This document shows positions 1-9,688 of a stretch of 64,000 nt of DNA, piece by piece. The notes beneath the pieces are model-generated. The model was not told where the DNA came from. It did no database searches and worked only from the letters and a program-made list of their open reading frames with translations. Both the position numbers and the translations under genes were made by a program. The DNA comes from an uncultured Methanosarcinales archaeon. Lineage in GTDB: Archaea; Nanobdellota; Nanobdellia; Woesearchaeales; JAGVZT01. The stretch covers positions 71,058 through 135,057 of the forward strand of contig CAYHAM010000002.1 of assembly GCA_964354685.1 (NCBI GenBank). Reading direction: 5' to 3'. The first letter of the stretch is position 1. The number at the start of each line of letters is the position of its first letter.

Positions 1-1803
1 CTGTTTTTCTGAGTAAAGTTACTGAAATCTTCAAATGTTTCCTTAACTTTTTCTGGGATTTTAACATTTATATTAACAATTCTTGAATCATCCTTAATAA
101 CACTTCTCCCAAAAAGCTTTGCATCAACCCCAATCTCAGTTAAATAATCTAATGTCAGCAAAGTCGCCCTTTCAGCTCCTCCTACATAGTCACTCCTCAA
201 AACGCTTAATGGATAATTCAGCAAAGCTACTTTTAATTCTCTGTAAGGGGTCCATTCTTTGAATTCTTCATCAGAGTACTTGTTAGGATCAAAGGTTCTG
301 TTTTTTATGTCCTTGATTAGTTCTTCTGGCAGTCCTTTTATCTCAAAATTAAACTTTTTATTTTTGGATATGGTTTCGTTTAAACATTTACCAACTTCCC
401 TTAAACTTGGTGAATACTTATTATCCAAAAAAGTGTACTGTATATTCCTTATCCCAGGATAAAGCAAGAATTTAGTTATTTTATTAAGAAAAACCACGTT
501 TTGCTTAACAATCAAGACATTTGCTTTTATATTAACATTATATTTAAATAAATTTTTTATTCCCTTAACTGTCTGCTTAAAACTTCCTTCTCTCCTTGTC
601 AAGAAATCATGCAATAATTGATTATGTGACCATATCTTAACAATAAAAGATTTAACCCCTGCCTTAATTACTTTTTTTGTAAAATCTTTGTAACAAAATA
701 TTTTAGCATTTGTTTCTAAAGTAACATTTATTCCTAATATATTGGCATAATCTAATAATTCAAAGAAGTCTTCTCTTATTGCTGGCTCTCCTCCTGCAAA
801 AATTACTTTGTCAATAAATTTTTGTTTGCAATCTTCTAGTTCTTTCTTGATTTCTTCTGTAGTCTTTTCTTTTAAAATATCTTCATAAACTTCATAAAAA
901 GGATTGTCGTTTGAAAGAGTTCCTAAAAGTATCTGTTTACATGGTTTAAATATGTTCGGCATCCCCCAGTACTCTCTCCAACAATATTCTTTGATATTTT
1001 CAGAAGAGTGCTTTTTAGCTAATCTTTTTATATTCTCTAAGGTTTTTTCAAACTTATCTTTCTGAGGATCAAACATAGGACAAGGATGAGATTCCTTTCT
1101 ATCTAGGGAATAACCCAAAGCATTCCTATTCAACTTGAAACCTAACTTCTTTTTAAATAATCTATAACCTAAATCAATATCCTCATACCCCCACCCAATA
1201 AAGTTTTCATCAAACTTCTCTAAATCCTTTTTCAAAATAGAAACATTATTGGTGTAGAAAACTTCCCATGGGTTTCTGTACTTATGTAAATTATCATTAC
1301 ACTTATGATAAATCTTATCTCTGTACTCTGGTATTATTTCTAATTGTGTAATCTGATTTGGGTTATTATCAATAATCTTTTTAACTTCTTCATAATCATA
1401 GTTCTTATTCTGCAAAGTTCCAGTAATATGCCCACTCACATAACCAATACAAACAGCTTTCTTACTCCTTTTATGGACTTCTACATGCTCATTTATGAAA
1501 TCAGGAACAACAATAACATCACTATCTAGGAATATTATTAATTCTCCTTTAGCATGTTTTACCCCCAAATTCCTTGCCTGTCCTGCCCTAAACCCTTTCC
1601 TCTCCTGCCAATAATACCTCAACTCATAAGGCACTTCCTTAGTCATCTTCTTAACCATCTTATCAGTGCCATCATCTCCACCATCATCCACCACAATAAC
1701 CTCATACTTCTTGGGATCATAGCTCTGATATGCCAAGGATTTGAGAACTAACTCTAAGACCTCCTTTCTGTTATAGGTTGGTATAATAACGCTTACCCTC
1801 ATC
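1..1803 (-). CDS. Family-2 glycosyltransferase (N-terminal GT2 domain) fused to a C-terminal radical-SAM-like TIM-barrel region; 3' end of the gene runs off the window start
   Basis: Reverse-strand translation from ATG at 1803-1801 reads MRVSVIIPTYNRKEVLELVLKSLAYQSYDPKKYEVIVVDDGGDDGTDKMV... with a DxD motif (FLDSDV); continuous reading frame to position 1 by my reading; downstream part reads ...KVIFAGGEPAIREDFFELLDYANILGINVTLETNAK...GSFKQTVKGIKNL, typical of a rSAM core, but no canonical CxxxCxxC was seen (only C-x12-C). Open-ended, so absent from the ORF track. Confidence 0.6.
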
Positions 1804-2020
1804 TATCCCCTCAAGTATTAGAATGGCTTCAAATATATTTAAGATTTGTGTTTGGTTGTTGTGTTAGACTAATGCCATCTGCAAGTTTTTCAGCTTTTAT
1901 GAAAGTTTCCACAGGACATTGGACATATGCACATAAAATATATAAAAAGATTTTTGTAATAAAATCAGTACTAATGGGCATGCAATAAGCCAGCACTTCA
2001 ATTAATGAATGATATTATAT

Positions 2021-2100
2021 TACTACAAAAGTAGTACAAAAAACACTACAAAAATAGTAAAATTTATAAATAAATTAGTATTTTACACTACAAAAATGGT
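2021..2100 (+). promoter_or_regulatory. Three tandem operator-like palindromic repeats (ACTACAAAARTRGTA) upstream of the HEPN/NTase pair
   Basis: tactacaaaagtagtac / cactacaaaaatagtaaaa / cactacaaaaatggtaaaa seen directly; the first is a perfect inverted repeat tactac-aaaa-gtagta. Confidence 0.4.
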
Positions 2101-2614
2101 AAAATCACTCCAAGGCTATAGGGAACAAGGCACAGTAAGAGATCTAACCCCACAAGAAAAGGGTTATTACCAAACCTTTCTTGAAACAACTTATAAGGAT
2201 AATCTAAAAGCTTCAGATTTTCTCCTTGTGAAGTTTCCTAGATGGAGTATCATTTCTGGTTACTATACAATGCACGATATTTCCAAGCTTTATCTTGCAA
2301 AACAGTTTAACCTAAAGTTTTCTCAGCCAGAGGTACATGGAGCTGTGATTCAAGCCTTGAGAGAACTGGTAAAAAGAAAAGATATCTTAGAGTTAATAGA
2401 AGAGGCTAATGAAGAGTATGAAAATATAATCTCCTTGCATTTAAGTTTGAAACAAGGCAAAGAAGAGCGAGAGAAAACCCAATATTACACATCAGAAACA
2501 ATCAAAGCAGAGGTAAACCTACAAAAGGGCTCTTACTTCCTAGAAAGGCTGGTGAAACCCTACATCAAACTAGTAGAAAAACTAATGAAGCCTGAAAAAC
2601 AAAGTGGTTTTTGA
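2096..2614 (+). CDS. HEPN-like small protein, probable partner of the downstream nucleotidyltransferase. Start moved to the in-frame ATG at 2096 because the track start 2009 lies inside the operator repeats
   Basis: All-helical small protein (MVKSLQGYREQGTVRDL...RELVKRKDILELIEEANEEYENII) whose end overlaps the NTase gene by 11 nt; two-gene HEPN/MNT-type architecture; HEPN assignment inferred, not motif-proven. Confidence 0.4.
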   Translation: MVKSLQGYREQGTVRDLTPQEKGYYQTFLETTYKDNLKASDFLLVKFPRWSIISGYYTMHDISKLYLAKQFNLKFSQPEVHGAVIQALRELVKRKDILELIEEANEEYENIISLHLSLKQGKEEREKTQYYTSETIKAEVNLQKGSYFLERLVKPYIKLVEKLMKPEKQSGF

Positions 2615-3170
2615 GATGATAGCAAACGTATTAAACAACAAGAGTGTCTGGAAACTTTTGTTTCTTATCTCGTACTCACCTGGCTCTGGTTATACAAGGG
2701 GAGAATTACTAAAGTTAACAAAATGGAACAATCTTTCACTTGACAGGGTGCTAAAAAAATTGTTGTTTTACAATATAATCCAAAAAGAGGGGAGAATTAT
2801 AAAATTGAACTTTGAGGACATTAAAACAAAAGTTATAGTAAATCTAATAGAACAAGAAAAAAAAAGATTAAACTATCCCTCATACGAACTATATTTAATT
2901 ATCACTGAATTTTTGCGGTTAGTGGAAAATAAACCAATATTTGCGATTTATCTTTTTGGGAGCTGGGCAAAAAAAACAGCTTCAAAAAGTTCTGATATTG
3001 ATTTGGCAATCTTTTCTAAAGATGAGCTCAATTTAATAAAGGTTCAGGACAAAATAGAGCAGAGATTTGAAGTGAAGTTACAATTGCATTATTTCGAGGA
3101 AGATACACTCAAAAATAAAAGAGATCCTTTGATAAAAAACATTCTAAAAGATGGAATAAAAATAAAATAA
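2604..3170 (+). CDS. Minimal nucleotidyltransferase (MNT/Pol-beta superfamily) with N-terminal wHTH-like region
   Basis: LFGSWAKKTASKSSDIDLAIF is the GS-x9-13-DxD NTase motif; overlaps the upstream ORF. Confidence 0.7.
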   Translation: MVFEMIANVLNNKSVWKLLFLISYSPGSGYTRGELLKLTKWNNLSLDRVLKKLLFYNIIQKEGRIIKLNFEDIKTKVIVNLIEQEKKRLNYPSYELYLIITEFLRLVENKPIFAIYLFGSWAKKTASKSSDIDLAIFSKDELNLIKVQDKIEQRFEVKLQLHYFEEDTLKNKRDPLIKNILKDGIKIK

Positions 3171-3178
3171 GAGAAAGC

Positions 3179-3268
3179 TCAAGAACAGCTCTGATCACTC
3201 AAAGATTTCAGAACTAGTTCCAAAATCTCTTTTCTATTGTAAGTATGTATAATAACACTTACTCTCAT
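3179..3268 (-). pseudogene. Truncated duplicate of the 5' end (29 codons then stop) and promoter-proximal sequence of the GT2 gene at 1..1803
   Basis: Reverse translation MRVSVIIHTYNRKEILELVLKSLSDQSCS* parallels MRVSVIIPTYNRKEVLELVLKSLAYQSY of the GT2 gene; ~90 nt of DNA (gtataataacacttactctcatctatcccc...) aligns with 1760-1850 at ~75% identity. Confidence 0.6.
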
Positions 3269-3375
3269 CTATCCCCCCAGATATTACAATAATACCAATC
3301 CTTATATATTTTTATGTTTTATAACCTCTCCAAAATAGCAAAAATTATATATCCTCATATATATTATTTGAGTAT

Positions 3376-5406
3376 ATGAAGATACTCTTCTATGCCATAA
3401 ACGGGGTGGGTTTAGGCCATGTGAACAGAACCCTAGCAATAGCCAAAGAGATAAGAAAACTAAGCCCAAAAGCCCATATAATGTTTGTCACCAATTCTCA
3501 ATTTCCTGATTTAATTGAAAAAGCTAACTTCCCTTACATAAAGCTGCCAATCTTTGAAGGAGACCCTCTTACAAAGGATATGACAAGATACATACCTTAT
3601 TTAGTAAATGAAAAGCTGATAGAAGCAACCTTGTATGACTATGAGCCAGATGCTGTTGTTTATGACACCCATTTTCCATTTGGAACTGTTAAAAAAGCAA
3701 GTGAATTCAATGTTAAAAACATACTAATACTTAGAAAGCTGAAAAACAAGGTTCTTGATGATTACATAAAACAGTTTAAGCATTTTGATCTAATAGTCTT
3801 GGCCCACTCTGAACAAGAGTTTTTAGATATGAAAGTTTCAAAACAATTAATACAAAAGATAAAGAATAAAGGCATTGTGTTTGTTGGTCCAATCATAAGA
3901 AAACCAGAAAATATAGAACCAAATTACAACTTAAACAAATTTAACATCCTTGTAACAGCTGGTGGAGGAGGTTGGAATGATTCCAAGAAGTTTGTTGAAA
4001 TTTGTCTAAAAGTTTGCAAAAAAATTGTTAATAAAAACAAAAACATCAATTGCTACATCATAACAGGCCCTTTATACAGATGGAATATTAATCATATCAA
4101 AAATAACAACATTATAATCAAAAGCTTTGAACCCAAACTGATAGATCTAATGCAAAAATGTGATTTGGTTGTTTCTCAAGCAGGGTATAATGTATGCAAT
4201 GAAATCATGCTAACAAAAACACCAGCAATAATTATCTCAAGAAAAGACCCACTTGAAGACCAAAGAGAAAGGGCAAAATGGCTTTCAGAAAAAGGTGTTG
4301 CAATAACAATCAACACCTTAAATGAAAAAACATTAACAGAAGCTATTGAAAAGTTTTACCAAAATAAAGTTCTACAAACAAAGATGAAGAGAGCATTTTC
4401 TAATATTAAACTTGATATAGGTAATGAAAGATTATCAAAGATGATAATAAATTTGATACCAAAAAGAATAGAAAAACAGGTGAAGCTTTCAAGAAAAAAA
4501 CATAAACTCCTGGATTCAAAATATAGGCAAACCCAACAAATAGAAAAAAACCAAACAAATCTGTTGGAAGAAAAAGGCATACAGGAACAATGGGATACTC
4601 TACTAAAAAAAGAAACAAACCTTAGACAAAAACAAGGCGATATCTATTCCAAATTAGAACCATTATATAAAAAAATAAGAGAGTTAAAAAAACAAACACC
4701 ACAACAAGAATACATTAAACAACTCAATCCATTAGAAAAACAAAAACAACAACTCTTAAAACAAAACAAAAAACTAGAAGAACAAACTAAAAAACTAAAA
4801 GAACAAAACAAAACACTAAAAAACAAAGAGCCCTTTAAAACACTACTAGAACTACAAAAAGAACTCGATCAAAAATATGAAGAACTCTTTGAGCCATACA
4901 ACATCCAGATTGGAGAAGTAATACAGAAACAAGAGCTTGTTCTTGAGGGAAAATACACTGAAAAGACTTGGAATGCACTTGAAAAACAAAAACAAAGTTT
5001 GGAATCAGAAAAACACCAATTCTGGCAAAAAGAGTTAAAACCAATAGAAGACAAAGTTAACCTATCCAAAGCCAAAGTTAAAACATACACTAAAGAACAT
5101 GGCATCTTAGATATTAAAGAGATTGACAAAGATATTGAATCTCTATGGCAAGAAATCAACAAAAACAACAAAGAGCTACAACTTATAGACAACGACATAG
5201 AAAATCTCAACAAAGAAACTAATAAAATCCAAAAATTAGTTGACAAAAAATACAACAAACAACTCCTTCCTCTAGATTACAAGCTAGACAAAATACTCAA
5301 CGAAAAACAAGACTTCCTAAAAAAGCACAAACTATTTAAAGATTTCAAAAGACTGGACAAGGAAAGGGAAAGATTAAATAAAGAGATTTCAGAGCTGCAG
5401 GATTAA
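3376..5406 (+). CDS. UDP-glycosyltransferase (GT1/GT28 MurG/MGT-like N-terminal domain) fused to a ~300-aa K/E/Q-rich coiled-coil tail
   Basis: MKILFYAINGVGLGHVNRTLAIAKEI... (G-rich loop + GHVN), LVTAGGGGW, SQAGYNVCNEI; C-terminal half is low-complexity coiled coil (QKQQLLKQNKKLEEQTKKLKEQNK...). Stop at 5406, next ATG at 5408. Confidence 0.7.
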   Translation: MKILFYAINGVGLGHVNRTLAIAKEIRKLSPKAHIMFVTNSQFPDLIEKANFPYIKLPIFEGDPLTKDMTRYIPYLVNEKLIEATLYDYEPDAVVYDTHFPFGTVKKASEFNVKNILILRKLKNKVLDDYIKQFKHFDLIVLAHSEQEFLDMKVSKQLIQKIKNKGIVFVGPIIRKPENIEPNYNLNKFNILVTAGGGGWNDSKKFVEICLKVCKKIVNKNKNINCYIITGPLYRWNINHIKNNNIIIKSFEPKLIDLMQKCDLVVSQAGYNVCNEIMLTKTPAIIISRKDPLEDQRERAKWLSEKGVAITINTLNEKTLTEAIEKFYQNKVLQTKMKRAFSNIKLDIGNERLSKMIINLIPKRIEKQVKLSRKKHKLLDSKYRQTQQIEKNQTNLLEEKGIQEQWDTLLKKETNLRQKQGDIYSKLEPLYKKIRELKKQTPQQEYIKQLNPLEKQKQQLLKQNKKLEEQTKKLKEQNKTLKNKEPFKTLLELQKELDQKYEELFEPYNIQIGEVIQKQELVLEGKYTEKTWNALEKQKQSLESEKHQFWQKELKPIEDKVNLSKAKVKTYTKEHGILDIKEIDKDIESLWQEINKNNKELQLIDNDIENLNKETNKIQKLVDKKYNKQLLPLDYKLDKILNEKQDFLKKHKLFKDFKRLDKERERLNKEISELQD

Positions 5407-5407
5407 T

Positions 5408-6841
5408 ATGCGGAGGATAAAAGGGGTGGATAAAAACACCATTATAAAGTATTCTTTATTAGTACTAACCTTATTTTTAATACCTTTATTATCACTCTTT
5501 TTTATAGAGGGCACAACCCTTGCTTCAAAACTTGATTTCCTCTTTCAAATCCAAAAACCATTTTTAGTGTTGGGAGTTATGTTTGTGATATTGTTTTATC
5601 TAACAAAAGATAAAAAGATCATAAAAAAACCTAAGCTAAATTATTACTTTTTGATATCATCAATAATCCTTTTTCTCATATTGTCTGCACTTCAAATACC
5701 TTTTTTTGATGCCTTGCAATCTGGTTTAATACAAGTAACAGATCACGGGATAAAATATGACAAGGTTGGTTTTCTTGGTAATACTTTTTACAAAGGAGAA
5801 ACAACGCTAAATCAAAACATAAGTTTGATGAAAAGGATTTACTTAAACGAAATACCAGAAAGCCCTAAACTAAAATGGTATGGTTCATGGTTAGATGGCG
5901 ACAATGATGGTGTTTTTGGACGGGATTTTAAGATTTTTTTAAACATTAACAATCATGGGTATGATATAACTCAACAATTTTCTTCCCTTGACCAAGGAAG
6001 TACAGGATTGATGGAAACAACCATTGATCCACAAGACCTAAAAATAGGTGAGAACACATTGAGTTTTTGGATTCAATCCAACAAAAGCTTTGAAGCCATA
6101 ACATTGATAAAACATATTTACTATCATGAAAACTCTTTCATAACCTATGATAATGGAAAAACATGGCTGCAAGATGATGGAATGTTGCTAGCATTCCTTG
6201 AAAAAGATATCAAAATACATCCAATAAAGAGAATAATCTTCTCCTACAAACCTTTGTTTGTTCTAATATCCTCTATATTGTTATTCATAGGCTTTTTTGG
6301 TTTAAACTATTCAAAAGACTTGTTCAAAAAAGCAGATCTTGAGATATATGCTTCTGCTTTTGCAAGCATAGGTTTTTTCTATGGCACAGCTTTCATTAAA
6401 CAAAACTGGCGACCAATAGCAAACATTGTTGTAAGCCTAGTGTATGCACTTAGCTCTATATTTTTTAAAAATGTAATTGTTGATATAACCAATCCACACT
6501 GTCCATTCCTTGTTGTTAAAGATTTTTCATCAAGAATCTGTGAATCATCTTCTGGAGTTGAGTCAATAGGATATTTTACCTTGTTATTTTTCCTAATATT
6601 AATAACAAACTGGAAATCAATTGACAAGAAAAAAACATTGATCTTTTACTTCATTGGACTAGTAGGTAGTGTTATTGTAAACACCTTAAGGATATTCTCA
6701 ATAATAATGGTAGGAATCTACATAGATCCTGAGTTTGCCCAAGGAATATTCCATACAAATGTTGGTTGGATACTGTTTTTAATATACGCTGCTGCTTATT
6801 GGTTTTTATTATTACCTTACATTAAGAAAAAGAAAAAATGA
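5408..6841 (+). CDS. Archaeosortase/exosortase-family transpeptidase with a ~190-aa extracytoplasmic insertion after TM3
   Basis: Polytopic membrane protein; conserved exosortase motifs seen: Cys in C-x-SS-G-x-ES (RICESSSGVESIG), Asn/Arg in VNTLRIFS, C-terminal H..GW (FHTNVGWILFL); K-rich C-terminus. Confidence 0.7.
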   Translation: MRRIKGVDKNTIIKYSLLVLTLFLIPLLSLFFIEGTTLASKLDFLFQIQKPFLVLGVMFVILFYLTKDKKIIKKPKLNYYFLISSIILFLILSALQIPFFDALQSGLIQVTDHGIKYDKVGFLGNTFYKGETTLNQNISLMKRIYLNEIPESPKLKWYGSWLDGDNDGVFGRDFKIFLNINNHGYDITQQFSSLDQGSTGLMETTIDPQDLKIGENTLSFWIQSNKSFEAITLIKHIYYHENSFITYDNGKTWLQDDGMLLAFLEKDIKIHPIKRIIFSYKPLFVLISSILLFIGFFGLNYSKDLFKKADLEIYASAFASIGFFYGTAFIKQNWRPIANIVVSLVYALSSIFFKNVIVDITNPHCPFLVVKDFSSRICESSSGVESIGYFTLLFFLILITNWKSIDKKKTLIFYFIGLVGSVIVNTLRIFSIIMVGIYIDPEFAQGIFHTNVGWILFLIYAAAYWFLLLPYIKKKKK

Positions 6842-7431
6842 AAGCATACTTAATACCACTTTTAACATATATCCTAACCCCCTTAATATTAAATTTCTTT
6901 ATTAAAAATATTTATATCTCGTATTTTGTTGGTATTATTCTGACAGGAATTCTGCTTTTTTATTTCAGAAAACACTACAAAATAAAATTAAGAATAAAAC
7001 TCTTACCTTTTGTTATTGGAATTATCATTTTCCTTGTTTGGATATTTATCCCAAATATTTATCCTTTTTTCATTAGCACACAATTTGTTCCAACAAACAC
7101 TTCTTTTTTATTATTCAAATTGCTTGCAATGATAAGTGTTGTTCCCTTGACAGAAGAGCTCTTTACTCGTGGTTTCTTGATAAGATACTTTGCTACAAAA
7201 GATTGGAAAAAGGTTCAAATAGGCAAGTTTACCTGGCTTTCCTTTATTATTACAGTTCTGTTCTTTGGCTTTTCTCACAACAGGTGGTTATCAGGACTAA
7301 TTGTAGGAGTATTACTCAATCTTTTGTTATATAAAACAAAGAATTTGGGAGATTGTATTATTGCTCATAGCTTTGCAAACCTGTTGGTAGGAGTCTATGT
7401 TATATACACAAACTCTTGGTTTTTGTGGTGA
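6838..7431 (+). CDS. CPBP-family (CAAX/Abi, PF02517-type) intramembrane metalloprotease
   Basis: Motifs TEELFTRGF (EExxxR), FGFSHN (FxxxH) and IAHSFANL (second His) in a 6-TM protein; start overlaps archaeosortase stop by 4 nt. Confidence 0.8.
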   Translation: MKAYLIPLLTYILTPLILNFFIKNIYISYFVGIILTGILLFYFRKHYKIKLRIKLLPFVIGIIIFLVWIFIPNIYPFFISTQFVPTNTSFLLFKLLAMISVVPLTEELFTRGFLIRYFATKDWKKVQIGKFTWLSFIITVLFFGFSHNRWLSGLIVGVLLNLLLYKTKNLGDCIIAHSFANLLVGVYVIYTNSWFLW

Positions 7432-7488
7432 TTTATCACTCTAAAATCCTCAAAAACTAATTTAAACTACTTATATTTAAACAGTAAT

Positions 7489-8406
7489 ATGGGGGTTAGT
7501 ACAGAGCTAAAAGAGTGGGTTAACAAGGGATTAAAAAAAGGCTACTCAAAGGACAAGCTTAGACAGGAGCTTACAAAGGCAGGTTATTCTGATAAGGACA
7601 TAACTTCTGCTTTAAAGGAAACAGGATCTAGCCCAAAGCGTAATCCTCTAGTTATTGGTATTGTTTTGATTGCAGTTATTATTGGATCTATTTACTTGTT
7701 TAATGCATTGCAGACAAAGGTCATTGTTCTTGAGGCTGAAAAGGACTTTAATTTGGGAGAGTGGGTGAGGGTAGAGCCGGAAGGCGACTATGTTGTTATA
7801 AACAACGAGACTGAAATTTGGAGTAGACCTTTCAACCTAAAAAAACTTTCCAATTTTCGCGAAGCACAAAAAATAAATGTCAGGGTTATTGCCAAAGGCG
7901 GTGAGGGGGAGGAGGAAAACCTGATTCTCATTTTAGAGGTTGTTAATCAGAGCCATTATGGAAATTTTGAGAACTCAACAATTTATCCTTCAATAGTCAC
8001 TGTCATTTCAGACGTAAGCGGCAATAAGACAATAGAGACCCGCTTCTCTGGCAAATATTTGAACGGAGTGATGAATGACAAATTGGTTCAGAAAAAAGGC
8101 ACTTTTGATACGTCCAACGCAGTCTTTATGAATAGCAGATTCCAAGATATGGTTATCGAGGGCAACAAAACAATCTTTTATTACAGAAAGGATAAATGGC
8201 CTGTGCTTTCTGTTGTCTTTGGAGAGGACCTCAACAACTGGAAGTTGCTGGAGATATCCTCAACAGAGTGGCAAAGTTTTCTGATTCAGTTTGACATGAA
8301 TAGGTTTTCAGACTTTGAAAATGCGGAATTAATATTCGAGTTAAGCACAGACACTTTAAACCCTATACCTACATACATTGATAAAGTTTATGTCACTTTA
8401 GAATAA
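7489..8406 (+). CDS. N-terminally anchored membrane/surface protein, paralog A (short cytoplasmic N-domain, one TM, ~230-aa external domain)
   Basis: MGVSTELKEWVNKGLKKGYSKDKLRQELTKAGYSDKDITSALKETGSSPKRNPLVIGIVLIAVIIGSIYLF...; first ~80 codons nearly identical at DNA level to 8756.. paralog. Confidence 0.6.
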   Translation: MGVSTELKEWVNKGLKKGYSKDKLRQELTKAGYSDKDITSALKETGSSPKRNPLVIGIVLIAVIIGSIYLFNALQTKVIVLEAEKDFNLGEWVRVEPEGDYVVINNETEIWSRPFNLKKLSNFREAQKINVRVIAKGGEGEEENLILILEVVNQSHYGNFENSTIYPSIVTVISDVSGNKTIETRFSGKYLNGVMNDKLVQKKGTFDTSNAVFMNSRFQDMVIEGNKTIFYYRKDKWPVLSVVFGEDLNNWKLLEISSTEWQSFLIQFDMNRFSDFENAELIFELSTDTLNPIPTYIDKVYVTLE

Positions 8407-8420
8407 ATTTCAAGTAAATA

Positions 8421-8648
8421 CTATCTCAATTTTTTCTTTATTATTATAGACAAACAGATGACGGCTAAAAGTGCTAAGACAGACGTGGCACCAGAAAATT
8501 CTGGTACGCAGTTACAACTCGCGTCGCAAACTTTTGTACCTGGGCAACCGCCGTCACACCCATTGCCTGCAAAACACGCCCCGAAAGCAACCGAAGAACT
8601 AAGTAGGATGAGAACAAACATGGTTAAAACCAAGGCACCTCTTTTCAT
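8421..8648 (-). CDS. Tiny secreted Cys-rich protein with PEF-CTERM-like sorting signal (putative archaeosortase substrate)
   Basis: MKRGALVLTMFVLILLSSSVAFGA (signal peptide) + CFAGNGCDGGCPGTKVCDASCNC (7 Cys in 23 aa) + VPEFSG + ATSVLALLAVICLSIII (TM) + KKKLR. Confidence 0.7.
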   Translation of the reverse strand: MKRGALVLTMFVLILLSSSVAFGACFAGNGCDGGCPGTKVCDASCNCVPEFSGATSVLALLAVICLSIIIKKKLR

Positions 8649-8755
8649 CTTAACAATTCTTTATAGATTTCTAATATATAAAGTTTTTGTTTTTCTGTTT
8701 TATTATTCACAAATAGTCAAAAACTAATTTAAACTACTTATATTTAAGCAGTAAT

Positions 8756-9685
8756 ATGGGGGTTAGCAAAGAGCTAAAAGAGTGGGTTAACAAGGGATTA
8801 AAAAAAGGTTACTCAAAGGACAAGCTTAGGCAGGAGCTTACAAAGGTAGGTTATTCTGATAAGGACATAACTTCTGCTTTAAAGGAAACAGGATCTAGCC
8901 CAAAGCGTAATCCTCTAGTTATTGGTATTGTTTTGATTGCAGTTATTATTGGATCTATTTACTTGTTTAATGCATTGCAGACAAAGGGAATTGTGCTAGA
9001 GGCAGAGAAAGATTTTAAGTCTGGTGACTTTGGTGTGGAGTTCGAGCCCTTTACTGATTACATCAGACTCAGCAGTAATGGCTATATCACAACCGAATCT
9101 CTGAATCTTAAGGAACTTAAAAACTTTGAAAAAGCAGACAAGATCAATGTTGAATTTATTGCCAGAGGAGAAACAGGCAAGGCAGAAAACATAGTCTACA
9201 CATACGAGCTTCTTGATGGTGAGACATTTGACAATTTGGAGGATTCAATGAATTACTCAACCAGGATAACTTTGCTCTGTGATATAACTTGTGACAAGAC
9301 TCTTGAGAAAAGCCTGAGCGGACAATGGCTGAACAGAGTCATGAATGAGAGACTTAACCAGGAAGAAGACACATTTGACCAGGGTGAAATCTTTGTTTCA
9401 CACGCCAAGTTCAAGGACATAACTGTTGAAGGGAACAAAATGGTTATACGATATGAGAGGAGTATCTGGCCTGTTGTTTATGTATCAACCTGGTCCACAG
9501 AATGCTTCTCCTGCAAAAAGCCTGCTGCGGTGGAAATATCTTCACAGGAATGGGAAACCTACACTGTACAGTTTGATTTGGCTGACCCGAAATCAGATTA
9601 TTCCTACCTGGGTATAGAATTGTCAACTGATGAAGAAAACCCAAAGCCGGTCTACATAGACCAAGTAATTGTCAGCTTAAAATAA
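8756..9685 (+). CDS. N-terminally anchored membrane/surface protein, paralog B
   Basis: Same N-terminal 80 aa as paralog A; diverged C-terminal domain with 4 Cys (CDITCDKT...STECFSCKKP). Confidence 0.6.
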   Translation: MGVSKELKEWVNKGLKKGYSKDKLRQELTKVGYSDKDITSALKETGSSPKRNPLVIGIVLIAVIIGSIYLFNALQTKGIVLEAEKDFKSGDFGVEFEPFTDYIRLSSNGYITTESLNLKELKNFEKADKINVEFIARGETGKAENIVYTYELLDGETFDNLEDSMNYSTRITLLCDITCDKTLEKSLSGQWLNRVMNERLNQEEDTFDQGEIFVSHAKFKDITVEGNKMVIRYERSIWPVVYVSTWSTECFSCKKPAAVEISSQEWETYTVQFDLADPKSDYSYLGIELSTDEENPKPVYIDQVIVSLK

Positions 9686-9688
9686 GCC

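Noticed and set aside
1344-1751. Two plus-strand ORFs (61, 65 aa) at the window start
   Set aside because: Antisense to the continuous minus-strand GT2 gene with clear GT2 motifs.
4356-5258. Five minus-strand ORFs (60-129 aa) inside the glycosyltransferase coiled-coil region
   Set aside because: Antisense to a long, coherent plus-strand ORF. The proteins are low-complexity F/L/S-rich reverse-complement artefacts of the K/E/Q-rich repeat.
8458-8727. Plus-strand 89-aa ORF overlapping the first PEF-CTERM micro-protein gene
   Set aside because: The minus-strand reading gives a textbook signal peptide + PEF + TM + basic tail and has a paralog with identical organisation at 9689..9931. The plus-strand product has no features.
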